Assembly: GCA_034669505.1 (NCBI GenBank)
Contig: JAXDNJ010000031.1
Coordinates: forward strand, 6,421 to 70,420
Origin: Methylobacteriaceae bacterium
GTDB taxonomy: Bacteria > Pseudomonadota > Alphaproteobacteria > Rhizobiales > Beijerinckiaceae
DNA length: 64,000 nucleotides
Reading direction: 5' to 3'
Shown here: in pieces, positions 40,068 to 48,898 of the stretch
How the letters are laid out: every line of letters starts with the position of its first letter
How positions within the stretch are numbered: position 1 is the first letter of the stretch
Notes under the pieces: generated by a model
Seen by the model: the letters and a program-made list of their open reading frames with translations, nothing else
Database searches by the model: none
What the model was told of the DNA's origin: nothing
Translations under genes and position numbers: made by a program

Positions 40068-40351
40068 AACTTCGATTATCGCGCCGAGCGACTTCCGACC
40101 TTCACGAAATCATCGACTACCTGAACATGCACAATCCCGGCGCGGCGAAGCGCGTGCGTGCCGCTCTCGACGCTGCTCTTAGCATTCTGACAAGCTTTCC
40201 TGCCCTCGGTGTCGTGCAACAACGCGACGTCCGCAAATACATCATGCCCCGTTTTCCTTATCTAATCTACTATTCGGTCGCTCAGCGCGAGCAGGAAATT
40301 CGGATCATCACCATTCGCCACGCCGCACGACGGCCTTTCCTCACCCCCTAA
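40064..40351 (+). CDS. Type II toxin, RelE/ParE family
   Basis: 95 aa. The pattern SRRATSDLHEIIDYL...PYLIYYSVAQREQEIRIITIRHAARRP is typical of ParE. Confidence 0.85.
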   Translation: MKLRLSRRATSDLHEIIDYLNMHNPGAAKRVRAALDAALSILTSFPALGVVQQRDVRKYIMPRFPYLIYYSVAQREQEIRIITIRHAARRPFLTP

Positions 40352-41078
40352 CCAGCATTTCATCGAGCGAGTAGCCGGCGCCGCGCACCGTGCGGATCGG
40401 ATCCTTCTCGCGGCCACGCACGAGCGCTTTGCGCAAGCGGCCGACGTGCACGTCAACCGTGCGCTCGTCGATCTCCGCCGACATGCCCCAGACGCTATCG
40501 AGAAGCTGGCCGCGCGAAAACACGCGGCCGGGCTTCTCCATCAGATGTTCCAGCAGGCGAAATTCCGTCGGCCCGAGATGAATCTCGCGTCCTGCGCGGC
40601 GCAGGCGCTTGGTCTCGCGATCGAGCTCCAGGTCGCCCGCAACGAGCTGCCCCGCGATCCGCTCGGGCTTGGCGCGGCGCAATAGCGCTTTCACCCGCGC
40701 CATCAGCTCCGGCACCGAGAAGGGCTTCACGACATAATCGTCGGCTCCGACCGAAAGCCCGCGCACGCGCTCAGCCTCTTCGCCGCGTGCCGTCAGCATG
40801 ATGACGGGCAGGGTGCGCGTTGTCTCGCGTGCGCGCAAACGCCGGCAGATTTCGAGGCCCGATACGCCGGGAAGCATCCAATCGAGGATGAGGAGATCGG
40901 GTGGGTCCTCCTCCAGCTTCAGCTCCGCCTCGTCGCCGCGCTCGACCCGTTCGACGATAAAACCCTCGGCTTCGAGATTGTAGGAAAGAAGCAGCGACAA
41001 CGCCGCCTCATCCTCGACGACGAGAACGCGCGGCGCAGTGTTGGTCGAGCTTCGTTGCGTTGCCCGTGCTTGGTTCAT
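40341..41078 (-). CDS. phoB: Phosphate regulon response regulator PhoB
   Basis: REC domain plus OmpR/PhoB winged helix. It is adjacent to phoU and the pst genes. Confidence 0.95.
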   Translation of the reverse strand: MNQARATQRSSTNTAPRVLVVEDEAALSLLLSYNLEAEGFIVERVERGDEAELKLEEDPPDLLILDWMLPGVSGLEICRRLRARETTRTLPVIMLTARGEEAERVRGLSVGADDYVVKPFSVPELMARVKALLRRAKPERIAGQLVAGDLELDRETKRLRRAGREIHLGPTEFRLLEHLMEKPGRVFSRGQLLDSVWGMSAEIDERTVDVHVGRLRKALVRGREKDPIRTVRGAGYSLDEMLVRG

Positions 41079-41087
41079 CGCACCACC

Positions 41088-41795
41088 TTATAAGGATTCC
41101 GCCGGCTCGAATGCCGTCTTGCCTTTCGGCCTTTCGACCGGCAGCGGTTCGCCGGTGACGAGGAACACAACCGTCTCGGCGATATTCGTCGTGTGATCGC
41201 CGATCCGCTCGATGTTCTTCGAGCAAAAAAGCAGATGCGTGCAAAAGGAAATGTTGCGCGGATCTTCCATCATGAACGTGAGGAGATCGCGGAATACCGA
41301 ATCTTCAAGCGCATCGAGTTCCGCGTCGCGGCTCCAGACTTCACGCGCCCGTTCGACGTCGCGCTGCGCGTAGGCGTCGAGCACGTCCTTCAACTGCATC
41401 GCCGCAACATCGTGCATCGACTTGAGGCCGACGATGGCCCGCGGCAGCCGCGCCTCCGCGGCGATTTTCGTGGTGCGCTTGGCGATATTCTTGGCGAGAT
41501 CGCCGACGCGTTCGAGATCGCCCGAAATGCGGATCGCCGCGACGCATTCGCGCAAGTCGATCGCCATGGGTTGCCGGCGCGCGATGGTCAGTACGGCACT
41601 CTCCTCGACTTCCCTCTGCAGCATGTCGAGACGCGGATCGCTGGCAACAACGCGGCGGGCCATATCCACGTCGAGATCGACAAGCGCATCCATCGCTTCG
41701 GACAGCATCTTCTCCGCGAGTCCGCCCATCTCGGCGATGCGTCGGCCAAGCGATTCGAGCTCGCGGTCGTAAGATTTGACGATGTGGTCCGGCAT
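41088..41795 (-). CDS. phoU: Phosphate signalling regulator PhoU
   Basis: Two PhoU repeats with the motifs ERVGDLAKNIA and ERIGDHTTNIA. Confidence 0.95.
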   Translation of the reverse strand: MPDHIVKSYDRELESLGRRIAEMGGLAEKMLSEAMDALVDLDVDMARRVVASDPRLDMLQREVEESAVLTIARRQPMAIDLRECVAAIRISGDLERVGDLAKNIAKRTTKIAAEARLPRAIVGLKSMHDVAAMQLKDVLDAYAQRDVERAREVWSRDAELDALEDSVFRDLLTFMMEDPRNISFCTHLLFCSKNIERIGDHTTNIAETVVFLVTGEPLPVERPKGKTAFEPAESL

Positions 41796-41819
41796 AGCGG
41801 TGTCCTCTTTGGCTCGGCC

Positions 41820-42626
41820 TCAGCCGAAGCGGCCGGTGATGTAATCCTGGGTCTGTTTCTTCTCAGGCGACGTGAACACGCGGCGCGTCCGGTCAAACTC
41901 GATCAGTTCGCCGAGATACATGAAGGCAGTGTACTCGGAGACGCGCGCAGCCTGCTGCATGTTATGCGTCACGATAGCGATGGTGTAGCGCTCGGACAAA
42001 TCGTCGATGAGCTCTTCGATCTTGGCGGTCGAGATCGGATCGAGTGCCGAGGCCGGCTCGTCGAAGAGGATCACCTCCGGATGGATCGCGACCGTGCGCG
42101 CGATACACAGGCGCTGCTGCTGCCCGCCTGAAAGGCTGAGGCCGCTTGCGTTCAGTTTGTCTTTGACTTCATTCCACAGCGCCGCGCCGCGCAATGCCGC
42201 CTCGACCCGATGGTCGAGTTCGCTCCTGCTGACCTTCTCATAGAGCCTGATCCCGAAGGCGATATTCTCATAGATCGACATCGGAAAGGGCGTCGGCTTC
42301 TGGAAAACCATGCCGACGCGCGCGCGCAAGAGATTGGCATCGAGATCGGGCGAAAGGATATTCTCGCCGTCGAGCAGGACCTCGCCCTCAGCACGCTGGT
42401 TCGGGTAGAGATCGTACATGCGGTTCAGGACGCGCAGAAGCGTCGATTTCCCGCATCCCGACGGTCCGATGAACGCGGTCACCTCATTGCGGTGGAGCGG
42501 CAGCGAGACCGATTTCAGCGCCTGCGTCTCACCGTAGAAAAAGTCGAGATTGCGGATCGCGATCTTTTCCAGCGCATCGGCACTCGCCGCACTGGGCGTG
42601 ACCGGAGCATCCATGACGAGGCTCAT
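41820..42626 (-). CDS. pstB: Phosphate ABC transporter ATP-binding protein
   Basis: Walker [10 protein letters not shown] and signature LSGGQQQR. The start is ATG 42626 (MSLVMDAP). Confidence 0.96.
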   Translation of the reverse strand: MSLVMDAPVTPSAASADALEKIAIRNLDFFYGETQALKSVSLPLHRNEVTAFIGPSGCGKSTLLRVLNRMYDLYPNQRAEGEVLLDGENILSPDLDANLLRARVGMVFQKPTPFPMSIYENIAFGIRLYEKVSRSELDHRVEAALRGAALWNEVKDKLNASGLSLSGGQQQRLCIARTVAIHPEVILFDEPASALDPISTAKIEELIDDLSERYTIAIVTHNMQQAARVSEYTAFMYLGELIEFDRTRRVFTSPEKKQTQDYITGRFG

Positions 42627-43465
42627 TTTGTCGTCCTTTGCCTTGCAAGAACACGCGCCAAAATCGAGAGAGCGAGCACGGCGAAGGTGATGATCAGCGC
42701 CCCGGTCCAGGCAAGCTGCTGCCAATCCTTGTACGGACTCAACGCAAACTGGAAGATGACCGCCGGCAGGCTTGCCATCGGGGCATTGAGGTTGGTGCTC
42801 CAGAACTGGTTGTTCAGCGCGGTGAACAGGAGCGGCGCCGTCTCGCCGCTGATCCGCGCGACGGCAAGCAGCACGCCAGTAATCAGGCCGGCCCGCGCCG
42901 CGCGGTAGGCAATTCGGGTGATCACATAAGAGCGCGGCAGGCCGAGTGCGGTTGCCGCTTCACGTAGAGGTCCCGGCACCAGAAGCAGCATGTCCTCGGT
43001 GGTACGCACGACAACCGGCACCACAATGACGGCAAGCGATAGCGCACCGGCAAGACCCGAGAAGTGGCCCATGCGCACGACCACCACTTCATAGATGAAG
43101 AGGCCGATGACGATCGACGGCGCGCTGAGCAGGATATCGTTGATGAAACGCACCACTGTGGTGAGCCGCGAGGAGCGGCCGTATTCCGCCATGTAGGTGC
43201 CGGCAAGCATGCCGAGCGGGGCGCCGATCGCGAGGCCGAGCGCCGTCATGACCAGGCTGCCCATGATCGGGTTGAGCAGTCCCCCGGCGGCGCCGGGCGG
43301 CGGCGTCATCTCGATGAAAACGGCGGGTGTCAGTCCGGCCAATCCATTCCAAAGTAGCGCGCCCAGGATCAGCACGAGAAAGGCAAGCCCAAACGCGGAC
43401 GCGGCAATGCACAGCCCCATTACAATGGCGTTGTTGCGACGGCGCGTTTGGTAAACCCCCGCCAC
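42623..43465 (-). CDS. pstA: Phosphate ABC transporter permease PstA
   Basis: Multi-TM permease containing REAATALG. Position in the operon fits. Confidence 0.95.
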   Translation of the reverse strand: MAGVYQTRRRNNAIVMGLCIAASAFGLAFLVLILGALLWNGLAGLTPAVFIEMTPPPGAAGGLLNPIMGSLVMTALGLAIGAPLGMLAGTYMAEYGRSSRLTTVVRFINDILLSAPSIVIGLFIYEVVVVRMGHFSGLAGALSLAVIVVPVVVRTTEDMLLLVPGPLREAATALGLPRSYVITRIAYRAARAGLITGVLLAVARISGETAPLLFTALNNQFWSTNLNAPMASLPAVIFQFALSPYKDWQQLAWTGALIITFAVLALSILARVLARQRTTK

Positions 43466-43468
43466 GGC

Positions 43469-44527
43469 TCAGGCTCCCGCTTGGTGTTGAACGCGCATCA
43501 GCATCAGCCGTGAGGCGGCAAGCACGATGAAGGTGATAACAAAGAGAATGAGCCCAAGCTCGATCAATGCGGACGTATAGATATCGCCAACGGCTTCGGT
43601 GAATTCATTGGCGATCGTCGCCGAGATCGTCGTCCCCGGCGCGAGCAGCGAACCCGCAATTCTGTGCGCGTTGCCGATCACAAAGGTAACCGCCATCGTC
43701 TCGCCAAGCGCGCGGCCGAGACCGAGCATGATGCCGCCGATCACGCCGAGGCGCGTGTAAGGAATGACGACGCGGCGGACGACCTCCCACGTCGTGCAGC
43801 CGATTCCGAAAGCCGCTTCCTTGAGCACCGGCGGGACGGTCTCGAACACGTCGCGCGAAATCGAGGTGATAAACGGCAACACCATAATCGCCAGAATGAA
43901 ACTCGCTGTAAATATGCCGATGCCATAGGGCGGGCCGGCAAACAGCGTCGACAGAACCGGGATCGGCCCGAAAATCGCGATCAGCGCCGGCTCGACATAT
44001 TGCTGCACGAACGGCGCAAAAATGAACAGGCCCCAAATGCCGTAGATGATGGAGGGGATGCCGGCCAAAAGCTCGATGGCGATGCCGATCGGCCGGCGTA
44101 AGGGTCGCGGACAGAGTTCGGTCAAGAAGATCGCGATCCCGAGTCCGACGGGAATGGCGATGATCATCGCGAGAACAGAGGTGACAAGCGTTCCGTAAAC
44201 TGCAGCGAGTGCGCCGAACTTGTCGGTCACCGGATTCCACGATTGGCTGGCGAGGAAGCTGAAACCAAACTCCCGGATCGCCGGTATCGAGCCGAGCACG
44301 AGTGACAGGATCACACCGCCCAATATGACGAGAACCGCGGCCGCCGCGCATTGCGTCAGCAGGCGAAAGCCGCGGTCGGTCAGCCGCAACCGCCGCAGAA
44401 CTGTGCGGCGGTCGCGTTCTATCTGGCGCGTTTGCGGCACATCTGCGATTGCTGCGGCATCGCTCACACCGGCGTCCCCATTCGTTGAACTGCTTGATTC
44501 GGCCGGCATCTGCTCGGGCCAGATCAA
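43469..44527 (-). CDS. pstC: Phosphate ABC transporter permease PstC
   Basis: Multi-TM permease containing KEAAFGIGCTTWE. Position in the operon fits. Confidence 0.95.
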   Translation of the reverse strand: MIWPEQMPAESSSSTNGDAGVSDAAAIADVPQTRQIERDRRTVLRRLRLTDRGFRLLTQCAAAAVLVILGGVILSLVLGSIPAIREFGFSFLASQSWNPVTDKFGALAAVYGTLVTSVLAMIIAIPVGLGIAIFLTELCPRPLRRPIGIAIELLAGIPSIIYGIWGLFIFAPFVQQYVEPALIAIFGPIPVLSTLFAGPPYGIGIFTASFILAIMVLPFITSISRDVFETVPPVLKEAAFGIGCTTWEVVRRVVIPYTRLGVIGGIMLGLGRALGETMAVTFVIGNAHRIAGSLLAPGTTISATIANEFTEAVGDIYTSALIELGLILFVITFIVLAASRLMLMRVQHQAGA

Positions 44528-44536
44528 AGCCTTGAC

Positions 44537-45577
44537 TTACATTAAAGGCTTGCCGCTCGAATCCTTGATGTCACTCGCCCATGTCTTTTTGATCAGCGCA
44601 ACGACATTTTCCGGCATCTCGATATAATCGAGATCCTCGGCCATTTTGCCGCCCTTGGTGAAGGCCCAGTCGAAGAATTTGAGCGCTTCCTTCGCTGCGG
44701 CGGGATCCTGCGGCTGTTTCGGCATCAGGATGAACGTCGCGGCGGTGATCGGCCAAGACTCGGCGCCGGGTTCATCGGTGAGAATCTGATAGAATCCCGG
44801 CGCATTGGCCCAATCTGCATTCGCCGCCGCGGCCTGGAAACTAGGTGAGGTGGGCGACACCACCTCGCCATCATGATTTTTCATGTTGGAGTAGGTGAGC
44901 TTGTTCTGCTTCGCATAGGCATATTCGACGTACCCGATGGAGCCCTTGGTGTTCGCGACGTTGTTGGCCACACCTTCATTGCCCTTAGCGCCGATGCCGA
45001 TCGGCCACTCGACCGCGGTATTTTGACCGACATTCGCCTTCCATTCCGGGCTCACCTTCGAGAGATAGTTGGTGAAGTTGAACGTCGTGCCGGATCCGTC
45101 GGAGCGATGCACGACCGCAATCGCGCTCGATGGTAATTTGGCATTCGGGTTCAGCGCCTTGATTGCCGCATCATCCCACGTCTTGATCGTGCCCATGAAA
45201 ATCTTGGCGAGCGCCGCTCCGTCAAGCGCCAGATCGCCCGGCTTGACGCCATCGAGATTGACGACAGGCACGATGCCGCCCATCACCATCGGCCATTGCG
45301 CAAGACCGTCCTTCTGCAGCTCGTCCGCTTTCAGCGGCGCGTCCGTCGCGCCGAACGTGACGGTCTTCGCCTTGATCTGCTTGATGCCACCGCCGGAGCC
45401 TATCGACTGGTAGTTCAGCCCGTTGCCGGTCTCTTTCTTATAGGCGTCCGCCCACTTCGCATAAATCGGATAGGGGAAGGTTGCGCCAGCGCCGGATATG
45501 TCGGCAGCGTAAACGGCGACACTCGCGGATGCCGCGAAAGCCGCCACAAGCGCGGCGCGTAAGATCGTCTTCGTCAT
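44537..45577 (-). CDS. pstS: Phosphate ABC transporter substrate-binding protein PstS
   Basis: Start ATG 45577 ([24 protein letters not shown]). GAGATFPYP and HRSDGSGTT motifs. Confidence 0.95.
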   Translation of the reverse strand: MTKTILRAALVAAFAASASVAVYAADISGAGATFPYPIYAKWADAYKKETGNGLNYQSIGSGGGIKQIKAKTVTFGATDAPLKADELQKDGLAQWPMVMGGIVPVVNLDGVKPGDLALDGAALAKIFMGTIKTWDDAAIKALNPNAKLPSSAIAVVHRSDGSGTTFNFTNYLSKVSPEWKANVGQNTAVEWPIGIGAKGNEGVANNVANTKGSIGYVEYAYAKQNKLTYSNMKNHDGEVVSPTSPSFQAAAANADWANAPGFYQILTDEPGAESWPITAATFILMPKQPQDPAAAKEALKFFDWAFTKGGKMAEDLDYIEMPENVVALIKKTWASDIKDSSGKPLM

Positions 45578-45668
45578 GAAGGCCTCTTTGGAGACTCGTG
45601 TGCGGGAAGCCGCCGAGGAGCTAAGGCGTGGCGGCTGGAGCAACCTAGTGTCGGCACGCGAGGCTTTT

Positions 45669-45697
45669 ACGACACGCAGATGACACTTCGTTGACAG
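45669..45697 (-). promoter_or_regulatory. Pho box: three TGTCA-like direct repeats at 11-bp spacing upstream of pstS
   Basis: The minus strand reads CTGTCAacgaaGTGTCATctgcGTGTCGT, about 90 nt upstream of the pstS start. This matches the PhoB-binding architecture. Confidence 0.6.
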
Positions 45698-45716
45698 CGT
45701 AAGCTCTGGGAAAGCA

Positions 45717-46766
45717 TCAGGATTCCCGACCCTGCGCTTTGCCTAACGGCAGAATCGCCGAAAAGGTCGCACCTTGGCCGCGGCCTGACTCGATCGTCAG
45801 CCGTCCGCGATGGCGCACCAGGATGTGCTTGACGATGGCGAGGCCGAGACCGGTACCGCCTTTGGTGCGGCTCTCGCCGGCATCGACGCGATAGAAGCGT
45901 TCCGTCAGCCGCGGCACATGTTCCGGCGCTATTCCCGGTCCGTGATCGCGCACGATCAGAACACCGTCGCCGCCACGCTCCGCGACCGTAACTTCGACCG
46001 GCTTGTCAGATGCGCCGTACTTGATCGCGTTCTCGATAAGATTCTCGGCAACGCGCACGAGCTCGTCGCGATCGCCACGCACGAGGACGGGTTCTCCTGC
46101 GTAAACTGCGATTTGCCTTTCGTTTTCCTCAGCCATCTGCGCAAGCGTATCGACCACGTGACCGGCGATTAACGAGAGATCGACCATCGCCGTCGGCTGC
46201 AAATGCGCGCTTTGCTCGATCCGTGACAGCGACAGGAGATCGTCGACGAGCCGCGACATGCGGCGCGCCTGCTCGCCCATGATCGCGAGAAAACGCTCGC
46301 GCGCGATAGGATCATTGCGCGCCGAGCCCTGCAACGTTTCCACAAACCCGAGCACCGACGTCAGCGGGGTGCGCAGCTCGTGGCTGACATTGGCGACGAA
46401 ATCAACGCGCATCCGCTCGACGCGCCGGGTTTCGCTCAGGTCGCGCAGCGTCAGCATCACCATGCGCGGCACGCCGGCAAGATCGATCGGTGCGATATAG
46501 ACGTCGAAGAGGCGCTCGACCGGAACACGCTCGAGCCACTGCACCTTTTGCGGCTTGCGCTCGCCAAAGGCGCGCGTAATCGCATCAAGGATGTCAGGCG
46601 AGCGCAAGCCACGCACCAGGAGCTCGCCCGGCCGCAACGAGGGCAGAAGCGAAGCGACGGCGGGATTGGCGGCGACGAGCCGGAAATCGCTGCCGACGAT
46701 GAGCGCCGCGTCCGGCACCGCCCGAAGCAGCGCGTCGACGACCTCGATCGGGAGCTGGTCGGGCAT
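45717..46766 (-). CDS. phoR: Phosphate regulon sensor histidine kinase PhoR (soluble, PAS-HisKA-HATPase)
   Basis: H-box [14 protein letters not shown] box ENAIKY and G boxes DHGPGI and GTGLGLAIV. No TM helix was seen. The start is uncertain (46766, 46817 or 46880). Confidence 0.88.
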   Translation of the reverse strand: MPDQLPIEVVDALLRAVPDAALIVGSDFRLVAANPAVASLLPSLRPGELLVRGLRSPDILDAITRAFGERKPQKVQWLERVPVERLFDVYIAPIDLAGVPRMVMLTLRDLSETRRVERMRVDFVANVSHELRTPLTSVLGFVETLQGSARNDPIARERFLAIMGEQARRMSRLVDDLLSLSRIEQSAHLQPTAMVDLSLIAGHVVDTLAQMAEENERQIAVYAGEPVLVRGDRDELVRVAENLIENAIKYGASDKPVEVTVAERGGDGVLIVRDHGPGIAPEHVPRLTERFYRVDAGESRTKGGTGLGLAIVKHILVRHRGRLTIESGRGQGATFSAILPLGKAQGRES

Positions 46767-46927
46767 GTCTTGAGCCCCCTTCCCCCGGTCAGGCGATCCG
46801 GAGAGGGCGGCGGCCATCCCGAGCCTTGCATCCCCGGCACGGGATAGCGATATCGGCGGCATCGGACCTATCGATTGCAAGAGGAGAGCACAAGGTGGAC
46901 GCGAACGTCGATGCTTCCGGACCGGAG

Positions 46928-48883
46928 ATGGAGACCCAAGGCCGGCCGCGCCAACCCCAAAGCCATGCGTTCCAGGCGGACGTTTCCCGGCTCCTGCACC
47001 TCATGGTGCATTCGGTCTATTCCGATCGCGACATTTTCCTGCGCGAGCTGATCTCGAACGGCGCCGACGCCTGCGAGAAACTGCGCCATGAGGCGCTGAC
47101 CAATCCCGAGCTCCTGGCGGACTCGCCTGGCTTTGAGATCACGATCGGCCTCGACAAGGACAAGCGCCAGCTGAGTGTCGAGGATAACGGCATCGGCATG
47201 TCGCGCGAGGAATTGGCGAGCCAGCTCGGCACGATCGCCAGCTCCGGCACGCGGGCGTTCCTGGAGAAACTCGGGGGCGACGAGCAATCCAAGATCGCAG
47301 CGGACCTCATCGGTCAGTTCGGCATCGGCTTCTATTCCGTTTTCATGGTCGCCGATAAAGTCGAGGTCGACACACGGCGCGCCGGGACGGACGAGGCCTG
47401 GCGCTGGACCTCCGACGGCAAGGGCACCTATGCGCTCGAACCGCTTCCGCTGGAAGACGCGCCGGCGCGCGGCACGCGCGTGCGCCTGCATCTGAACGAG
47501 CATGCGACCGACTATCTCCAGTCCTGGAAGGTGCAGAGCATCGTCCGCGAATATTCGAGCGGCATCGCCGTGCCGATCGCACTGACCGAGGCGAAGGACC
47601 AGGAATCGGAATCGAAGGACAAAGAATCCAAGGAAGATTCCAAAGAAGGTGAAAGCAAAGAGCCGAAACGCATCAGCGAGGGCAGCGCGCTCTGGGCGCG
47701 TCCGAAAGATAAGATCGAAGAGAGCGAGTACACCGAGTTCTATCGCAGCCTCGCCGGCCAGTTCGACGAGCCGCTCGCGACCATCCATTGGCGCGCCGAA
47801 GGGCGGCACGAATATATTGTGCTTGCCTTCATCCCGGGCTCGCGGCCGCTCGATCTGTTCGATCCCGCGCGCAAAGGCCACAACAAACTTTATGTCCGCC
47901 GCGTCCTGATCTCGCGCGACTCCGATCTCTTGCCCGGCTGGCTGCGCTTTGTGCGGCTGGTTGTCGACTCCGCCGACCTGCCGCTCAACGTCTCGCGCGA
48001 AATGGTGCAGAAGAGTCCGGTCTTCGGCGCGATCGGCAAAGCAGTGACGAACCGCATCCTGCAGGAGGTCGTGAAACTTGCGGACAAAGAGCCGGAGAAG
48101 TTCGCCAAGCTCTGGGAGGCGTTCGGGCCGGTTCTCAAGGAAGGGCTCTACGAAGACCCCGAGCGGCGCGATCAGCTGTTTGAGATCGCGCGGTTTGCGA
48201 CGTCAACCGATCCGGAAGGCAAGCGCACGCTGAGGGAGTACGTCGCCTCACTGCGCGAGAACCAGACCGCGATCTATTACTTGACCGGCGAGGACGCGAA
48301 GCGGCTTGCCTCAAGCCCGCAGCTCGAAGGTTTCCGCGCCCGCGGCATTGAAGTGCTGCTTCTCTCCGATCCGGTCGATACGTTTTGGGTCTCGACCGCG
48401 GTCGGCTATGACGGCAAGCCGTTCAAATCGGTGACGCAGGGCAGCGTCGATATCTCATCTATCGCGATGGCCGAAGGCCAGGAGGCGCCTGCCTCGAGCG
48501 ATATCAAGCCCGAAGTGGCGACGCTGCTCGCGCTGATGAAACAAACGATCGGCGATGTCGAGGACGTGCGTGCGTCCGAACGCCTGTCGGACAGCCCCGT
48601 CTGTCTGATCGCGCCGGAGCATGGCCCCGATCGCCGGCTCGCGCGCATTCTAGCCGAGCACGGGCGGCTTGGCGACATGCCGAAGCCGGTGCTCGAAGTG
48701 AATCCGCGCCATGCGCTCATCGAGTCGCTCGCGCGTCACATCAACGATTCGGACAAGACCTGGCTCGAAGACACGTTTTGGCTGCTTTATGAGATGGCGC
48801 GTGTCAGCGATGGCGAGAGCCCGTCCGATCCGGCTGGTTTTGCCGGGCGGCTGACACGGGCGCTGACGAAGCTCGCGGCGTGA
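46928..48883 (+). CDS. htpG: Molecular chaperone HtpG (Hsp90)
   Basis: FQADVSRLLHLMVHSVYSDRDIFLRELISNGADACEKLR, GQFGIGFYS and a charged linker. The start is ATG 46928. Confidence 0.96.
   Translation: METQGRPRQPQSHAFQADVSRLLHLMVHSVYSDRDIFLRELISNGADACEKLRHEALTNPELLADSPGFEITIGLDKDKRQLSVEDNGIGMSREELASQLGTIASSGTRAFLEKLGGDEQSKIAADLIGQFGIGFYSVFMVADKVEVDTRRAGTDEAWRWTSDGKGTYALEPLPLEDAPARGTRVRLHLNEHATDYLQSWKVQSIVREYSSGIAVPIALTEAKDQESESKDKESKEDSKEGESKEPKRISEGSALWARPKDKIEESEYTEFYRSLAGQFDEPLATIHWRAEGRHEYIVLAFIPGSRPLDLFDPARKGHNKLYVRRVLISRDSDLLPGWLRFVRLVVDSADLPLNVSREMVQKSPVFGAIGKAVTNRILQEVVKLADKEPEKFAKLWEAFGPVLKEGLYEDPERRDQLFEIARFATSTDPEGKRTLREYVASLRENQTAIYYLTGEDAKRLASSPQLEGFRARGIEVLLLSDPVDTFWVSTAVGYDGKPFKSVTQGSVDISSIAMAEGQEAPASSDIKPEVATLLALMKQTIGDVEDVRASERLSDSPVCLIAPEHGPDRRLARILAEHGRLGDMPKPVLEVNPRHALIESLARHINDSDKTWLEDTFWLLYEMARVSDGESPSDPAGFAGRLTRALTKLAA
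48785..48883 (+). repeat. Functional copy of the htpG 3'-terminal ~100 nt that recurs at 51007 and 52030
   Basis: Hand alignment; see the findings. Confidence 0.8.
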
Positions 48884-48898
48884 GGCGATCGGTCGGCG

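Noticed and set aside
46868-47881. 337-aa minus-strand ORF
   Set aside because: It is antisense to htpG.
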